The notes: generated by a model from the letters alone, not told the origin. Counted from the stretch's first letter, positions 29,204 to 43,900 are shown. The stretch is 64,000 bases of DNA from Balanoglossus misakiensis (GCA_040954595.2 CM082582.2:11089483-11153482); one strand, 5' to 3'. Made by a program: numbers and translations.

Positions 29204-29856
29204 CTTTCAAAGGTTCTGTGAAACCCGGTCGGGTCTCTCCTCACTTTAATCGACTGTCACTTCTCACATCAGCAGCACGAAAGAGTTTTTGGAGGAGGAA
29301 ATCTGAACTTCGTGAAGGCGGAAGTGAAATTCTATTTGGGAGTGTCCGCCATGAGACCCTCTAAGCATGTGAAAAATATTTTGTTGTACACGGGTTACAT
29401 CATGGGTCCCGAGGTAGATGTATGCTCATTATCTCAATCGCTGGAAATTTTCGGTCAAATTTCTGTAATCAAACATAAATATCTCTAAAGAGGCTAATAT
29501 TACTACGTTTTCTATCTTATGGTTCATATATGACCTAAAATATCTGTAAATGTCGCACGTCATGTTGTTTTGATAGTTTTGTCTTGAGTTAAAGGGTCTT
29601 GCAAGGGCAATTCCATTTAAAGGTCTGGGAAAAGAAATTGGCAGGTTATATGTGTCTCCATTAATTTATTCGACCCCGTTACTAAGAACAGAATTATTTT
29701 AGTAATTGTGAAACTAATGATGTATAAATTTAAGTTTAATCGCTATATAGCCACTTAAATATCTTCGAATACATTTTGTAATGGGCCAAAATGACTCTGT
29801 AACCGAATGGAATAAGCCAGCCCAGGGTTTCGTGCAGCTGACGAAAGATGGCGTAC
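29204..29856. promoter_or_regulatory. Bidirectional promoter region CARMIL/COQ9
   Basis: Divergent ATGs 645 bp apart. ETS/GABP-like GGCGGAAGTG at ~29317. YY1-like AAGATGGCG overlapping the COQ9 ATG. Confidence 0.55.
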
Positions 29857-31864
29857 AAACCATTGACTAGGGTTGTCGGCATGTCTCTATCATTCATCAC
29901 AAGAGCAGGTATTCATTGGCATTGTTCATAAACCGTTATGCTGTCTGCTTCTTAAGTGCTAATTGCAAACATAACTGTAAGGCTGTGATCATATTGTGCA
30001 GTTTTCACAAGTTGTCTGATGGTAGTTGGGCTTAATAAAGTGTACCTTTCAGTCACGTGTGTGCAACTTGCAAGTTTCAGTCAGTTGTGTAACACAGTGT
30101 GGAGTGACTGTGGTTGTAAATACATGTATCTTTTCTGATTAAACTACAGGTCTTAGAAGATCTCTTTTGGCTTCTCAGAGGTGTATGTGTACTGGCACAT
30201 CTGGTGACAGTAATGGAGAAAGGTCAGTGTGAACTTGATAAAGTTTATAAAGAGTTTTGTCAGTACACAAATATGGTCCCAGTAGTATATTCTGATTAAA
30301 GAAACAAGAAATGGGACACAAAACTTGCAAGCTAATAGCATGAGAGGCTGGATAGTCTAGATCTTGTCTAGACCAATAGCACACTTTCACAACATACATA
30401 CCTGGTAATAATTTTCCTTTCAGACCAGAAGATGCACAGCAGGAGCATGTTGACAGTGGACTGGATGAAAACGAAGTCGAGCACAGAATTTTAAGCACAG
30501 CGTTATCATTTGTACCCATACATGGTTGGAGTAAGAAGTCTATCATAGAGGCAGCTAGGGCTGAGGGCTTTCCAAGTGTCACACACGGAATGTTCCCACG
30601 AGGGGGTGGAGATTTGGTTCATTATTTTGTACGGAATTGCAATTCCCAGTTGGCGACACAAATGTCACATGAAATGAAGGAAAGACAAGAGATTGAAGAT
30701 AGCACAATGTAAGTTAGATTTGCTTTTATACTTGGGGGTCTGCATATGTTCCCGTTCCTTTTCATAGATTTACAGACACAGATGCATCACACGCCCACAT
30801 AAAGACTGAATTTTTATTTCACTGATCACTATGTTTCAGAAAAGTAAGCACCACAACGATCATCCGTGATGCTGTGGAGATGAGACTTCGGATGATCATT
30901 CCGTATGTCGACAGCTGGCCTCAGGCTATGGCCCTGGCAGCTCTTCCTGAGAACATCAAAGACCACTTCAAGAACTTGGGCATCCTAGTGGATGATATTT
31001 GGTATTATGCAGGTGACAGATCTACAGATGTAAGTTGTTGTTTTGAATTGCTGTTATCATTTACGTTACTTTGTCCAACCTTCTAAAAGTTGATCACAAG
31101 GGCCAGGGTCTGACGTGGCTCCTTCACTGACACCAGCATAATATTTCTTGTTATTGAACACTTGAGGGCGCCTGTCACACTCAGGGAAATTGCACATATC
31201 ATGTGGTGATTTCACCTCAGTTTATGCACACCCTATGAAAATGTTTTTTGAACCAAACACTGACTGATATATTTTTCTTCATCTTCAGTTCAACTGGTAC
31301 ACAAAACGTGCCCATTTAGCAGTGGTATATAAAACGACAGAAATGTGTCTACTTCAAGACAATTCGCTGGATTTTGAAGAGACCTGGGCCTTCTTGGAGA
31401 GGCGGCTTGCTGATGCAGTTTCTATGGCCCACTTCAGAATGGCAGTAAGTTTCTCATTAATATGTAATCTGATACAAAGTTCAAACTGCATGTACATGAT
31501 AAGAACATTTAACAGAGAAGAACATCTTTGGTAAATCGCTTTGGTAACATTGAACTGTTTGATTTTCCTTCTTGCAGGTGAACGATACGGTAAAAACTTT
31601 GGAGTTAACATGAGTACAGCTTTCGATACTGTAAGTAAGCACTGAAAAATAATGGATAGAAATTTGTGGTTTGTTTCAAATGACATTCTTTCTCACGTGG
31701 CATGTCATCATCGTGTCACAATCATATAAATGGGATTCTCAAATCATGGCCAACTTCACCATGACATTGATATAGAAGTATGTATAACTATGGTGTAATA
31801 AGCTTCTGTCTCTCTCTCCATTTAGGTAAGGAACTTAGCTGGTCTGAATGTCAGAAATAGATGA
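29848..31864 (+). CDS. COQ9: Ubiquinone biosynthesis protein COQ9, mitochondrial
   Basis: Exons approx. 29848-29908, 30150-30222, 30424-30708, 30840-31029, 31289-31444, 31578-31630, 31826-31864. Motifs [70 protein letters not shown]-rich mitochondrial presequence. Confidence 0.93.
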
Positions 31865-34800
31865 TGTCTGGGAATAGTCCAGATGCTGCAGAAGATGTTG
31901 GGCTGTGTGTTTGGCAAGCTGTGTTGTTAGCAAAACCTGAGTACCGGTATATTCAGCACAGTGTACACTCCAGGTTTATTTAGATGGTCACCAGACTAGT
32001 GTTACTTTACAGGAACATAGTTTTGTAAGCTTGTACCAAGTTTGAGGAGACAAGAATCACAGCATTGTAAAGTCTCAGCATTTGACGTCTCAGCAACATT
32101 TCATTCCAGAATCAGCCCTATTGCTACAAAAGGAGCAGGAGACTTATTTTCATTTCCTCCTTTGACACTCATTAATCCCAGAGCAAGGACAACAACTGCT
32201 TTCTGTAGATAAGGGAAGTTGTCAAAACACGGAGTGATCAAATATAGCTAGCTGGTGTCACGACTCATTGCTATTCCATCAACCCAGCACGCTGAAACGT
32301 ACTGTTGAATGTTCTGTGCGTCAGCTGTCTTTATCACTGTAGTTTTAAATACAAAGGACCCATGTCAACTGTTGTATTGGTATCCATGACAACAAATAAT
32401 AAATGGTTCTTCTTGTAGACCTTTGGAGTTGTGAATTTTGTTTGTGTGCTGATGTTGTTAGTCGTAATAATTTATTGGACATGTCAAATACTTTGGGGTT
32501 GACAATAAACACACAACAAAAATTTCAATGTCTCTGATATCATGTTTTATTCTGTGTATTATACATGTATCTTTAAGAAAAAAAAACACAGCTCTAGATT
32601 TTTTCTGGTCCATATTAAAGCAGAATTTGCGATGCAGATTAACATTGGCTGCATCACGTTACACCACCACCACAGAAACAGTGAGTTGCGTCAGTCCCAA
32701 GCTATGCAACTCTCGCTGTGATTTTTGTGAACACAAAGAACATTGTCATTCTCAAAATCTGAGACTTGTGAAAAGCACCACTGTACAGCAAAACAAAAGG
32801 AAACAAACAAAACAAGTTCTGGTGCAACCCTTTCAAACTGATCAGTTTGCGATGACCATTCGCTACACAGCAATATTTACACTCAAAGCCTAATTTGTAT
32901 AACATTGCGAGATTGAGACAGTCTTGAATATTCTGTCGAAAAATACTCCTCTCCCCTCCCCCACACAGAATTCTCTGTGAATGTTAGCAGATTAATCTAA
33001 AATCTCAGAGATATTGTTTCTTTGAAAACCTCTGAGAATCGCCCCTCAAGGGTCCCAAGTAATCCATATTGTATCGTGCTACATTTTATGAACAATTAAA
33101 AGCAAATTTGCTATTAAAATGAGGCAAATGCTACATATGAAGAAGGTAAAAATACAAAAACGATGTAAATGAAATTCTAGAATTCTCAAAATTCAAAAGA
33201 GCAAATGAGATGTTAGAGCTAATGTTTCGTTGATCTTTCTTTTCATGTAGAGAATTGTTCTTGATACTGTAAAAACCTCTGATAATAATGGTGTCTGCAT
33301 ACATATATATACATGATGGAATTGTGTTCACAACTACTGGTAACATTTTCTTTTTCAGTAGTTATATATTTATATATATATATCATACAAAGTAGAGAAT
33401 ACCAGCTCTAATACAATTAAAAAATTACTATTAAAAGTTCTCACAAATGCATGGACAGTTTTATGACCCAATTTAAACCTGGAATTTGCCTCCCCACCCC
33501 CCAATAACACAAGATGAAAATCGTTATGAGAATCTTATGTTAAATTTCTGGAGACTAGGAGAATGAAAACACTGCACTTCAGAATCCAGTACACACTATG
33601 AAATCACGCCTTCTCACGCCTTCTCTCCCTGTTTTGATTGCGCAAAACCTGTTCCTTGATATGTTGAAACAATCTACAGAACACACAAAAGGTAATACGG
33701 GCTCACCATCTCGCTTGACCATAAGCTGCTTTGCACATATTCCCTGTAACTAACCGTCTGCTTGTCTTATGCATAGAAATGGCCGTGATATCAAATATTG
33801 CAGATATAAGACCACTTGACTGATTTTACAAGTTGTTTTTAAAAAGACAGACTCAAAAGACAGGAGACTAAATAAATTCTTGGATGTTTCTTGAGGTACC
33901 TGCCCTCGCACATAGTGTCTGAAATCCTGAAAAGTCAACTGAATAACAGTTCATGCATGACTACACCAAAAAAGAATGATCTCATTGTTCCCCCACTGAA
34001 AGAGTGGGGTGGTAAGAATAACAATTGGTTACTTTGCATGTAGGAATTTCATGATAAATTATATATTTCTTTTTTTCAAAATGGCTACTACCCCCAGGTA
34101 AGTACATGAAAGAGTAGAGAAGTCACAATCTCGTTACATTCCTTTCGTATTACTTTATTCTTGGCATTAGCTGGGCACAGTCACAGCCAAACAATATTGA
34201 ATAATTCATGCATGTTGGAAAAATCAGGAAGCTGTCAAAATAAAAACATGGAGTCCTGTTTTTGGTTCATCCGTGTACATACCGGTAGTTCAGAGTCTAT
34301 GTGTTTCACATAGGGTACAGACCCATCAATCACCAAGCTGAAATGAGTAACCAAACCAGAATGTCAAGTATGCAGATTTGACTACGAGATTTCTTGTCGA
34401 CGTGTGGACTTCAGGATTATTATTATTAAGTTTACAGTCAATTCAGTAATTATCAATACACATACATGTATTACTTCCAATATATTCATAAGTGACTGTG
34501 TCACACTGTAATTCATGACGTACATAATTAAACATTTTTAAAATTCCATAATTTGTTTTTTTTTTTAAATAACCAAGTCACAGCCACTGTTCGTTAAATT
34601 TTTTTCTGAGTCTACCCAATGTGATTATAACAACACAGGTGATGTTATTACAGTATGTTTAGTTTACTTTGCCATCTAGGTGAACTTTGTGCGTGCAAAT
34701 GTATGTAGACTCCAGATTTATACGGCTTGACCTGTTGGTCCCCCGGACAACAGTACACATGCAATCTGTGCCCACACCCACGGCATACCAGGTCAGTGTC

Positions 34801-36278
34801 TCACACAGTTAGTTACCCACTGAAGGAATCTGCACATGGCCAGCCATTCATATAAATGCCTGCAACCATGACATTCACAACCACTGTTGATCATCACAGA
34901 TCTCTTTCATCACAGAATTTAGCCTTGTGCAATGCTTTCTATTTCGGCCAATGTACACAAGTGTTGGCATATGTCCGCAAGATAAGAAATTGGTGGAATT
35001 TCTGGATGGTAAGGTTGGCAGTTGGAAAACACATAATGCAAAACATGTCACCAAGACCTAACCATTTGCTCTTTATTTGAAGGTTAATTTTCTTGTCCAC
35101 ATTACAATCTGTGCATTCATGCAAAGAAGTACATGTAGATATTCTATATGACACATAATATGCAAAAGTTGACCTCTGATGACCTTTACTGTTTTGTTGC
35201 ATGGTTTTGTGAGCAAAGTTTGGCAATGAAGGAAATACTATTGATTGCTTGAAAAAATTAATGTGTGCTGACTGCATTCTCGGTGTTATCATCTAAACTA
35301 TTCTGTGGGAGGACGCACAGCACAGAATTTGCACAATTTGGCCTCAGTGAACTCATGCACACACATGGGTGTGGCCGTCTTCACGACTTCCCTTTGATAC
35401 CACAGCATAGTTGATAATGATGGAATCTTTACCAATGCAACAAACTGAAATATTGGGGGAAGTGGCTGATTTGAAAAACAAGCAAGACAATCAGAGTCAA
35501 TGAGCGTGCGAGTTATACATGTACGGCACAAGGCTTGTCCATGCACAATGAACCAGGAAGTTATGTCCCTATCACACCAGGATATGAAACAAGACCACAT
35601 TCTCAGGGATCTGTTCGTGGAAACACACAATGTGCCCAAATCAATGAAATATGGAGAATACCAGCCCTGTGTCTTTGCCCTGTCCATACTAAAAAGTGTG
35701 AATTCTCTATCTATTAATATATCAAGAGATATAGCGTAAGAAGGAACTAAGGTCCATTATTTAATGGCGTTGCACACTGAACTTTGGCCTGTGATGAGTT
35801 AATAAAAGTAGCCTTGATGCTGTCACACTGACAAACAATTGCACACCTTACAACACCGTCAAAACTAAAATGATGAATGATACATGCACACGCACAATAC
35901 AGGACTGGACTAAAAAGCAATACTTGAATCGAATAAGAAACTGACACATTTTGCATTCAAGGTACATGTATCGAATAAATGAATGTTAGCTGCAACTGGT
36001 TAACAGAACTGGTATACAACGTGAAGCCTTGTTGACAAATAACACAGGAGCCCAAGTAACAAACGACTGCACTAGTACACAAAGAATTAAGTTCGCATCT
36101 GGGCATTAGTCAGGACCTACGCAAAGAATAAAATGCACAGGTGTTCCCATTCATGACCTACTTTGACCACACCCATCCATATGAAATTCGACAGCTGCAG
36201 GTTTACTCTGTGTAATTGACTCTGTGAAAATAAATCTATTTTTTTTAACAAAGATGCGTTCATCCTGATATGTTAAAG

Positions 36279-37670
36279 TTAGAAATGATTCTCTTCGAGA
36301 TATCCCTTTATCCTGGTGGGTAGGGGCAACCTCTGGATGTGGTCTCTACGGATGAATTCCCGGATAACAAATCTGCATAGGTATTGCAGGGATGGGACTT
36401 TGGTGAAGCGGGACACGGGGCTGGTCAGTCGCACGGGGTACGAACGCACTCCTGGCAAACGCTCCCTGGAGTAGCAGAACACGCCGGCTCTGGAATCGTT
36501 CATGGAATGCTCAATCAGATCCACAATGGAATAGTACCCTTCGGACTCGGAAAGCGGATAGAAGCTGAACAGCCCGTTGCTGTGTTCAATCCGGGTGTGT
36601 AGAGTTCTCCCGTTCGAGCGGAAGCTCAAACTGAGCAAGTACCGATCGTCGGAACTGTCGCGCACGAGAAACGAGCCGTCCGGCATGTTGCTGAGTTTTT
36701 CCTCGGCTTCGTTGCGGGTCAAAGGTCCCCAGTACCAAGGTCTCTTGGATAGCTTGTTCAGCTCTCTAGTTAGACTGTTATGTGGTTGATCATTAACCAA
36801 ATCGTAGACTGGTGATGGCATATCCTTTAATAAAAGATCAGTATCACAGGAGTCAAAAACCTTGTCAGAGTATGACTGATTGTTTTTCTGCATAGATACA
36901 GATCTCAAGCTCTTCCCCAGTTTTGTGGTCGGTGCTCTCTTTGGAATGGCAGGTCCCTTGTGATTGACAAATTCCTTTTCATTTTGACATGAGCTCGTCA
37001 TGTTATCGGCCGCTTTCGTTTCCTTGTGGCTGATATGGGTGGAGGTGATGGCATAGTTCACGGCTGGTTGGCTGTGCGACCTTGATGACCTCACGAGATC
37101 ATCACCGTCAACATTTTCGTACGTGTTATGATTTCGACCATGTCTATTCTCGGTCGGTGATGTCATCGCGTCTTTTGTCTCACTTTCATCTACGTCCTCC
37201 GCACTCGCCTTCCCTTCGTTGTGCACCTCGACGTGTACCTCAAACTTGTCCAAGGCCTCTTCGGAATTGAAGGCACGTAATGGCCCGAACGAGCGACGGC
37301 TCCGGTCACGCATGCTACTGTAAACTTTTGGTCGCGGTGGTCGGTTGTAATAATCGAATTCTGAGTTTTCATTGTTCGCCAGTGATGGCTGAGTCTGTTG
37401 TTGTGGGAAGGCATCTTCCGAAGAGGTGACCGAACCCCTCCTTCCCCGACCTTTGCGATGTGTTTTCGCAGCAATCCTCTTCTTTACGCTCTGAAGGAAG
37501 CTTTCTTTCACTTTGTGTCGTTCGATATCTCCGTTCACTGCAGTTTTGGGTCGTTCTGGCTCGGCCACCTCGATAGAACTCAATGATCGCCCATTTTCGT
37601 CGCCAGCACTCGGTTCGCGATTTTTACGGTGAAAGGTTATTTTCAAGCCTCTTACCGTGAATTTCTTCAT
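36279..37670 (-). CDS. SOCS6: Suppressor of cytokine signaling 6 (SH2 + SOCS box), single coding exon
   Basis: WYWGPLTRNEAEEKL...DGSFLVRDSSDDRYLLSLSFRSNGRTLHTRIEHSNG is an SH2 nearly identical to vertebrate SOCS6. SOCS box SLQYLCRFVIR...LPLP..IKGYL. Confidence 0.93.
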   Translation of the reverse strand: MKKFTVRGLKITFHRKNREPSAGDENGRSLSSIEVAEPERPKTAVNGDIERHKVKESFLQSVKKRIAAKTHRKGRGRRGSVTSSEDAFPQQQTQPSLANNENSEFDYYNRPPRPKVYSSMRDRSRRSFGPLRAFNSEEALDKFEVHVEVHNEGKASAEDVDESETKDAMTSPTENRHGRNHNTYENVDGDDLVRSSRSHSQPAVNYAITSTHISHKETKAADNMTSSCQNEKEFVNHKGPAIPKRAPTTKLGKSLRSVSMQKNNQSYSDKVFDSCDTDLLLKDMPSPVYDLVNDQPHNSLTRELNKLSKRPWYWGPLTRNEAEEKLSNMPDGSFLVRDSSDDRYLLSLSFRSNGRTLHTRIEHSNGLFSFYPLSESEGYYSIVDLIEHSMNDSRAGVFCYSRERLPGVRSYPVRLTSPVSRFTKVPSLQYLCRFVIREFIRRDHIQRLPLPTRIKGYLEENHF

Positions 37671-37818
37671 CGTGAAGATATTCTTTCAACTCAGACAGTC
37701 CTCCTTTTCATTGTTTACACCAATGTTGACGCTATCGACGCGAAATATAGCAAGTTTTCCAAGTACCTCCACACAATACTACTTCCTGCTATAAATAGTA
37801 CTGTTTTAAAACACGACT

Positions 37819-37840
37819 AATGGCGGTCATCTCGCGAGAT
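37819..37840. promoter_or_regulatory. SOCS6 promoter motifs: YY1-like AATGGCGG and palindromic TCTCGCGAGA
   Basis: ATCTCGCGAGAT at 37829-37840, ~160 bp upstream of the SOCS6 ATG. The motif is known from vertebrate CpG-island promoters (BANP/ZBTB33-type). Confidence 0.55.
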
Positions 37841-37954
37841 TAGGGCAAAGAGTGTTATTCTCGCAGGTAATCTTGCAGAGGGCGTTTATCACAAACCCAT
37901 GATTGTGAATCACTGCATGCAACATGTATTACGCCTTCCATGCTATTACGCCTT

Positions 37955-40900
37955 TACTCGAAAAAGTCGGAAATTTTCCGGACTATATTGCAGCATACTG
38001 ACTCCAATGAGCTTATTTGCACCGCAGCGGTGCAAATAAGAGTTCCATGCACCGCAACGATCTGACCGTTCTTTATTCACTCCTCGGCGACAAAAACGTT
38101 TTATTACGGCCTAAATAACTACTTTTTCGCTCCTTGGTTGGTCATGCGGACGGAAAGACACGGTTTTAGCGAGTTTATCATCTTTCTCTCTGCTAAGCAC
38201 TCCGTATTCAGACTTGCCCAAGTGAACCGCGATAAAAAAAATGACCAAGTTTCCCTGCATGTTTCTTATACCCGACAGATAAAAAAAGCAGCGTAGATAT
38301 TGAAATGAATTGGATTTATGAAAATGATAAAAACTACAATGATAATGTCGTTAAAAGTTCTCACAAAAAAAAAAAGAAATAAAAAAAGTGGTCTCGAACC
38401 AACATCAGTTGACACCTTCAGGTAAAAAGGCTAGCCATCCTGAACCCTTCGCCATCACGATGTGTACTCGAAAAAGTCGGAAATTTTCCGGACTATATTG
38501 CAGCATACTGAATCCACTGAGCTTATTTGCACCGCAGCGGTGCAAATTCTTATTTGCACCGCAGCGGTGCAAATAAGAGTTCCATGCACCGCAGCGATCT
38601 GACCGTTCTTTATTCACTCCTCGGCGACAAAAACGTTTTATTACGGCCTAAATAACTACTTTTTCGCTCCTAAGTTGGTCATGCGGACGGAAAGACACGG
38701 TTTTAGCGAGTTTATCATCTTTCTCTCTGCTGAGCACTCCGTATTCAGACTTGCCCAAGTGAACCGCGACAAAAAAAAATGACCAAGTTTCCCTGCATGT
38801 TTCTTATACCCGACAGATAAAAAACGCAGCGTAGATATTGAAATGAATTGGATTTATGAAAATGATAAAAACTACAATGATAATGTCGTTAAAAGTTCTC
38901 ACAAAAAAAAAGAAATAAAAAAAGTGGTCTCGAACCAACATCAGTTGACACCTTCAGGTAAAAGGCTAGCCTTCCTGAACCCTTCGCCATCACAATGTGT
39001 ACTCGAAAAAGTCGGAAATTTTCCGGACTATATTGCAGCATACTGAATCCACTGAGCTTATTTGCACCGCAGCGGTGCAAATTCTTATTTGCACCGCAGC
39101 GGTGCAAATAAGAGTTCCATGCACCGCAGCGATCTGACCGTTCTTTATTCACTCCTCGGCGACAAAAACGTTTTATTACGGCCTAAATAACTACTTTTTC
39201 GCTCCTAAGTTGGTCATGCGGACGGAAAGACACGGTTTTAGCGAGTTTATCATCTTTCTCTCTGCTGAGCACTCCGTATTCAGACTTGCCCAAGTGAACC
39301 GCGACAAAAAAAAATGACCAAGTTTCCCTGCATGTTTCTTATACCCGACAGATAAAAAACGCAGCGTAGATATTGAAATGAATTGGATTTATGAAAATGA
39401 TAAAAACTACAATGATAATGTCGTTAAAAGTTCTCACAAAAAAAAAGAAATAAAAAAAGTGGTCTCGAACCAACATCAGTTGACACCTTCAGGTAAAAGG
39501 CTAGCCTTCCTGAACCCTTCGCCATCACAATGTGTACTCGAAAAAGTCGGAAATTTTCCGGACTATATTGCAGCATACTGAATCCACTGAGCTTATTTGC
39601 ACCGCAGCGGTGCAAATTCTTATTTGCACCGCAGCGGTGCAAATAAGAGTTCCATGCACCGCAACGATCTGACCGTTCTTTATTCACTCCTCGGCGACAA
39701 AAACGTTTTATTACGGCCTAAATAACTACTTTTTCGCTCCTAAGTTGGTCATGCGGACGGAAAGACACGGTTTTAGCGAGTTTATCATCTTTCTCTCTGC
39801 TGAGCACTCCGTATTCAGACTTGCCCAAGTGAACCGCGACAAAAAAAAATGACCAAGTTTCCCTGCATGTTTCTTATACCCGACAGATAAAAAACGCAGC
39901 GTAGATATTGAAATGAATTGGATTTATGAAAATGATAAAAACTACAATGATAATGTCGTTAAAAGTTCTCACAAAAAAAAAGAAATAAAAAAAGTGGTCT
40001 CGAACCAACATCAGTTGACACCTTCAGGTAAAAGGCTAGCTTTCCTGAACCCTTCGCCATCACGATGTGTACTCGAGAAAGTCGGAAATTTTCCGGACTA
40101 TATTGCAGCATACTGAATCCACTGAGCTTATTTGCACCGCAGCGGTGCAAATTCTTATTTGCACCGCAGCGGTGCAAATAAGAGTTCCATGCACCGCAGC
40201 GATCTGACCGTTCTTTATTCACTCCTCGGCGACAAAAACGTTTTATTACGGCCTAAATAACTACTTTTTCGCTCCTAAGTTGGTCATGCGGACGGAAAGA
40301 CACGGTTTTTAGCGAGTTTATCATCTTTCTCTCTGCTGAGCACTCCGTATTCAGACTTGCCCAAGTGAACCGCGACAAAAAAAAATGACCAAGTTTCCCT
40401 GCATGTTTCTTATACCCGACAGATAAAAAACGCAGCGTAGATATCGACATGAATTGGATTTATGAAAATGTTAAAAACTACAATGATAATGTCGTTAAAA
40501 GTTCTCACAAAAAAATGAAATAAAAAAAGTGGTCTCGAACCAACATCAGTTGACACCTTCAGGTAAAAGGCTAGCTTTCCTGAACCCTTCGCCATCACGA
40601 TGTGTACTCGAAAAAGTCGGAAATTTTCCGGACTATATTGCAGCATACTGAATCCACTGAGCTTATTTGCACCGCAGCGGTGCAAATTCTTATTTGCACC
40701 GCAGCGGTGCAAATAAGAGTTCCATGCACCGCAGCGATCTGACCGTTCTTTATTCACTCCTCGGCGACAAAAACGTTTTATTACGGCCTAAATAACTACT
40801 TTTTCGCTCCTAAGTTGGTCATGCGGACGGAAAGACACGGTTTTAGCGAATTTATCATCTTTCTCTCTGCTGAGCAGTCCGTATTCAGACTTGCCCAAGT

Positions 40901-43900
40901 GAACCGCGACAAAAAAATGACCAAGTTTCCCTGCATGTTTCTTATACCCGACAGATAAAAAACGCAGCGTAGATATTGAAATGAATTGGATTTATGAAAA
41001 TGATAAAAACTACAATGATAATGTCGTTAAAAGTTCTCACAAAAAAAAAGAAATAAAAAAAGTGGTCTCGAACCAACATCAGTTGACACCTTCAGGTAAA
41101 AGGCTAGCCTTCCTGAACCCTTCGCCATCACGATGTGTACTCGAAAAAGTCGGAAATTTTCCGGACTATATTGCAGCATACTGAATCCACTGAGCTTATT
41201 TGCACCGCAGCGGTGCAAATTCTTATTTGCACCGCAGCGGTGCAAATAAGAGTTCCATGCACCGCAGCGATCTGACCGTTCTTTATTCACTCCTCGGCGA
41301 CAAAAACGTTTTATTACGGCCTAAATAACGACTTTTTCGCTCCTTGTTTGGTCATGCGGACGGAAAGACACGGTTTTAGCGAGTTTATCATCTTTCTCTC
41401 TGCTGGGCACTCCGTATTCAGACTTGCCCAAGTGAACCGCGACAAAAAAAAATGACCAAGTTTCCCTGCATGTTTCTTATACCTGACAGATAAAAAACGC
41501 AGCGTAGATATTGAAATGAATTGGATTTATGAAAATGATAAAAACTACAATGATAATGTCGTTAAAAGTTCTCACAAAAAAAAAAAGAAATAAAAAAAGT
41601 GGTCTCGAACCAACATCAGTTGACACCTTCAGGTAAAAAGGCTAGCCATCCTGAACCCTTCGCCATCACGATGTGTACTCGAAAAAGTCGGAAATTTTCC
41701 GGACTATATTGCAGCATACTGAATCCAATGAGCTTATTTGCACCGCAGCGGTGCAAATTCTTATTTGCACCGCAGCGGTGCAAATAAGAGTTCCATGCAC
41801 CGCAGCGATCTGACCGTTCTTTATTCACTCCTCGGCGACAAAAACGTTTTATTACGGCCTAAATAACTACTTTTTCGCTCCTAAGTTGGTCATGCGGACG
41901 GAAAGACACGGTTTTAGCGAGTTTATCATCTTTCTCTCTGCTGAGCACTCCGTATTCAGACTTGCCCAAGTGAACCGCGACAAAAAAAAATGACCAAGTT
42001 TCCCTGCATGTTTCTTATACCCGACAGATAAAAAACGCAGCGTAGATATTGAAATGAATTGGATTTATGAAAATGATAAAAACTACAATGATAATGTCGT
42101 TAAAAGTTCTCACAAAAAAAAAGAAATAAAAAAAGTGGTCTCGAACCAACATCAGTTGACACCTTCAGGTAAAAGGCTAGCCTTCCTGAACCCTTCGCCA
42201 TCACGATGTGTACTCGAAAAAGTCGGAAATTTTCCGGACTATATTGCAGCATACTGAATCCAATGAGCTTATTTGCACCGCAGCGGTGCAAATTCTTATT
42301 TGCACCGCAGCGGTGCAAATAAGAGTTCCATGCACCGCAGCGATCTGACCGTTCTTTATTCACTCCTCGGCGACAAAAACGTTTTATTACGGCCTAAATA
42401 ACTACTTTTTCGCTCCTAAGTTGGTCATGCGGACGGAAAGACACGGTTTTAGCGAGTTTATCATCTTTCTCTCTGCTGAGCACTCCGTATTCAGACTTGC
42501 CCAAGTGAACCGCGACAAAAAAAAATGACCAAGTTTCCCTGCATGTTTCTTATACCCGACAGATAAAAAACGCAGCGTAGATATTGAAATGAATTGGATT
42601 TATGAAAATGATAAAAACTACAATGATAATGTCGTTAAAAGTTCTCACAAAAAAAAAGAAATAAAAAAAGTGGTCTCGAACCAACATCAGTTGACACCTT
42701 CAGGTAAAAGGCTAGCCTTCCTGAACCCTTCGCCATCACAATGTGTACTCGAAAAAGTCGGAAATTTTCCGGACTATATTGCAGCATACTGAATCCACTG
42801 AGCTTATTTGCACCGCAGCGGTGCAAATTCTTATTTGCACCGCAGCGGTGCAAATAAGAGTTCCATGCACCGCAGCGATCTGACCGTTCTTTATTCACTC
42901 CTCGGCGACAAAAACGTTTTATTACGGCCTAAATAACTACTTTTTCGCTCCTAAGTTGGTCATGCGGACGGAAAGACACGGTTTTAGCGAGTTTATCATC
43001 TTTCTCTCTGCTGAGCACTCCGTATTCAGACTTGCCCAAGTGAACCGCGACAAAAAAAAATGACCAAGTTTCCCTGCATGTTTCTTATACCCGACAGATA
43101 AAAAACGCAGCGTAGATATTGAAATGAATTGGATTTATGAAAATGATAAAAACTACAATGATAATGTCGTTAAAAGTTCTCACAAAAAAAAAGAAATAAA
43201 AAAAGTGGTCTCGAACCAACATCAGTTGACACCTTCAGGTAAAAGGCTAGCCTTCCTGAACCCTTCGCCATCACAATGTGTACTCGAAAAAGTCGGAAAT
43301 TTTCCGGACTATATTGCAGCATACTGAATCCACTGAGCTTATTTGCACCGCAGCGGTGCAAATTCTTATTTGCACCGCAGCGGTGCAAATAAGAGTTCCA
43401 TGCACCGCAACGATCTGACCGTTCTTTATTCACTCCTCGGCGACAAAAACGTTTTATTACGGCCTAAATAACTACTTTTTCGCTCCTAAGTTGGTCATGC
43501 GGACGGAAAGACACGGTTTTAGCGAGTTTATCATCTTTCTCTCTGCTGAGCACTCCGTATTCAGACTTGCCCAAGTGAACCGCGACAAAAAAAATGACCA
43601 AGTTTCCCTGCATGTTTCTTATACCCGACAGATAAAAAACGCAGCGTAGATATTGAAATGAATTGGATTTATGAAAATGATAAAAACTACAATGATAATG
43701 TCGTTAAAAGTTCTCACAAAAAAAAAGAAATAAAAAAAGTGGTCTCGAACCAACATCAGTTGACACCTTCAGGTAAAAGGCTAGCCTTCCTGAACCCTTC
43801 GCCATCACGATGTGTACTCGAAAAAGTCGGAAATTTTCCGGACTATATTGCAGCATACTGAATCCACTGAGCTTATTTGCACCGCAGCGGTGCAAATTCT

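Noticed and set aside
32528-36000. Short ORFs between COQ9 and SOCS6
   Set aside because: AT-rich UTR-like sequence with no homology or splice pattern.
38917-39000. Functional tRNA gene
   Set aside because: No 7-bp acceptor stem and only a ~3-bp T stem; kept only as a tRNA-derived Pol III candidate.
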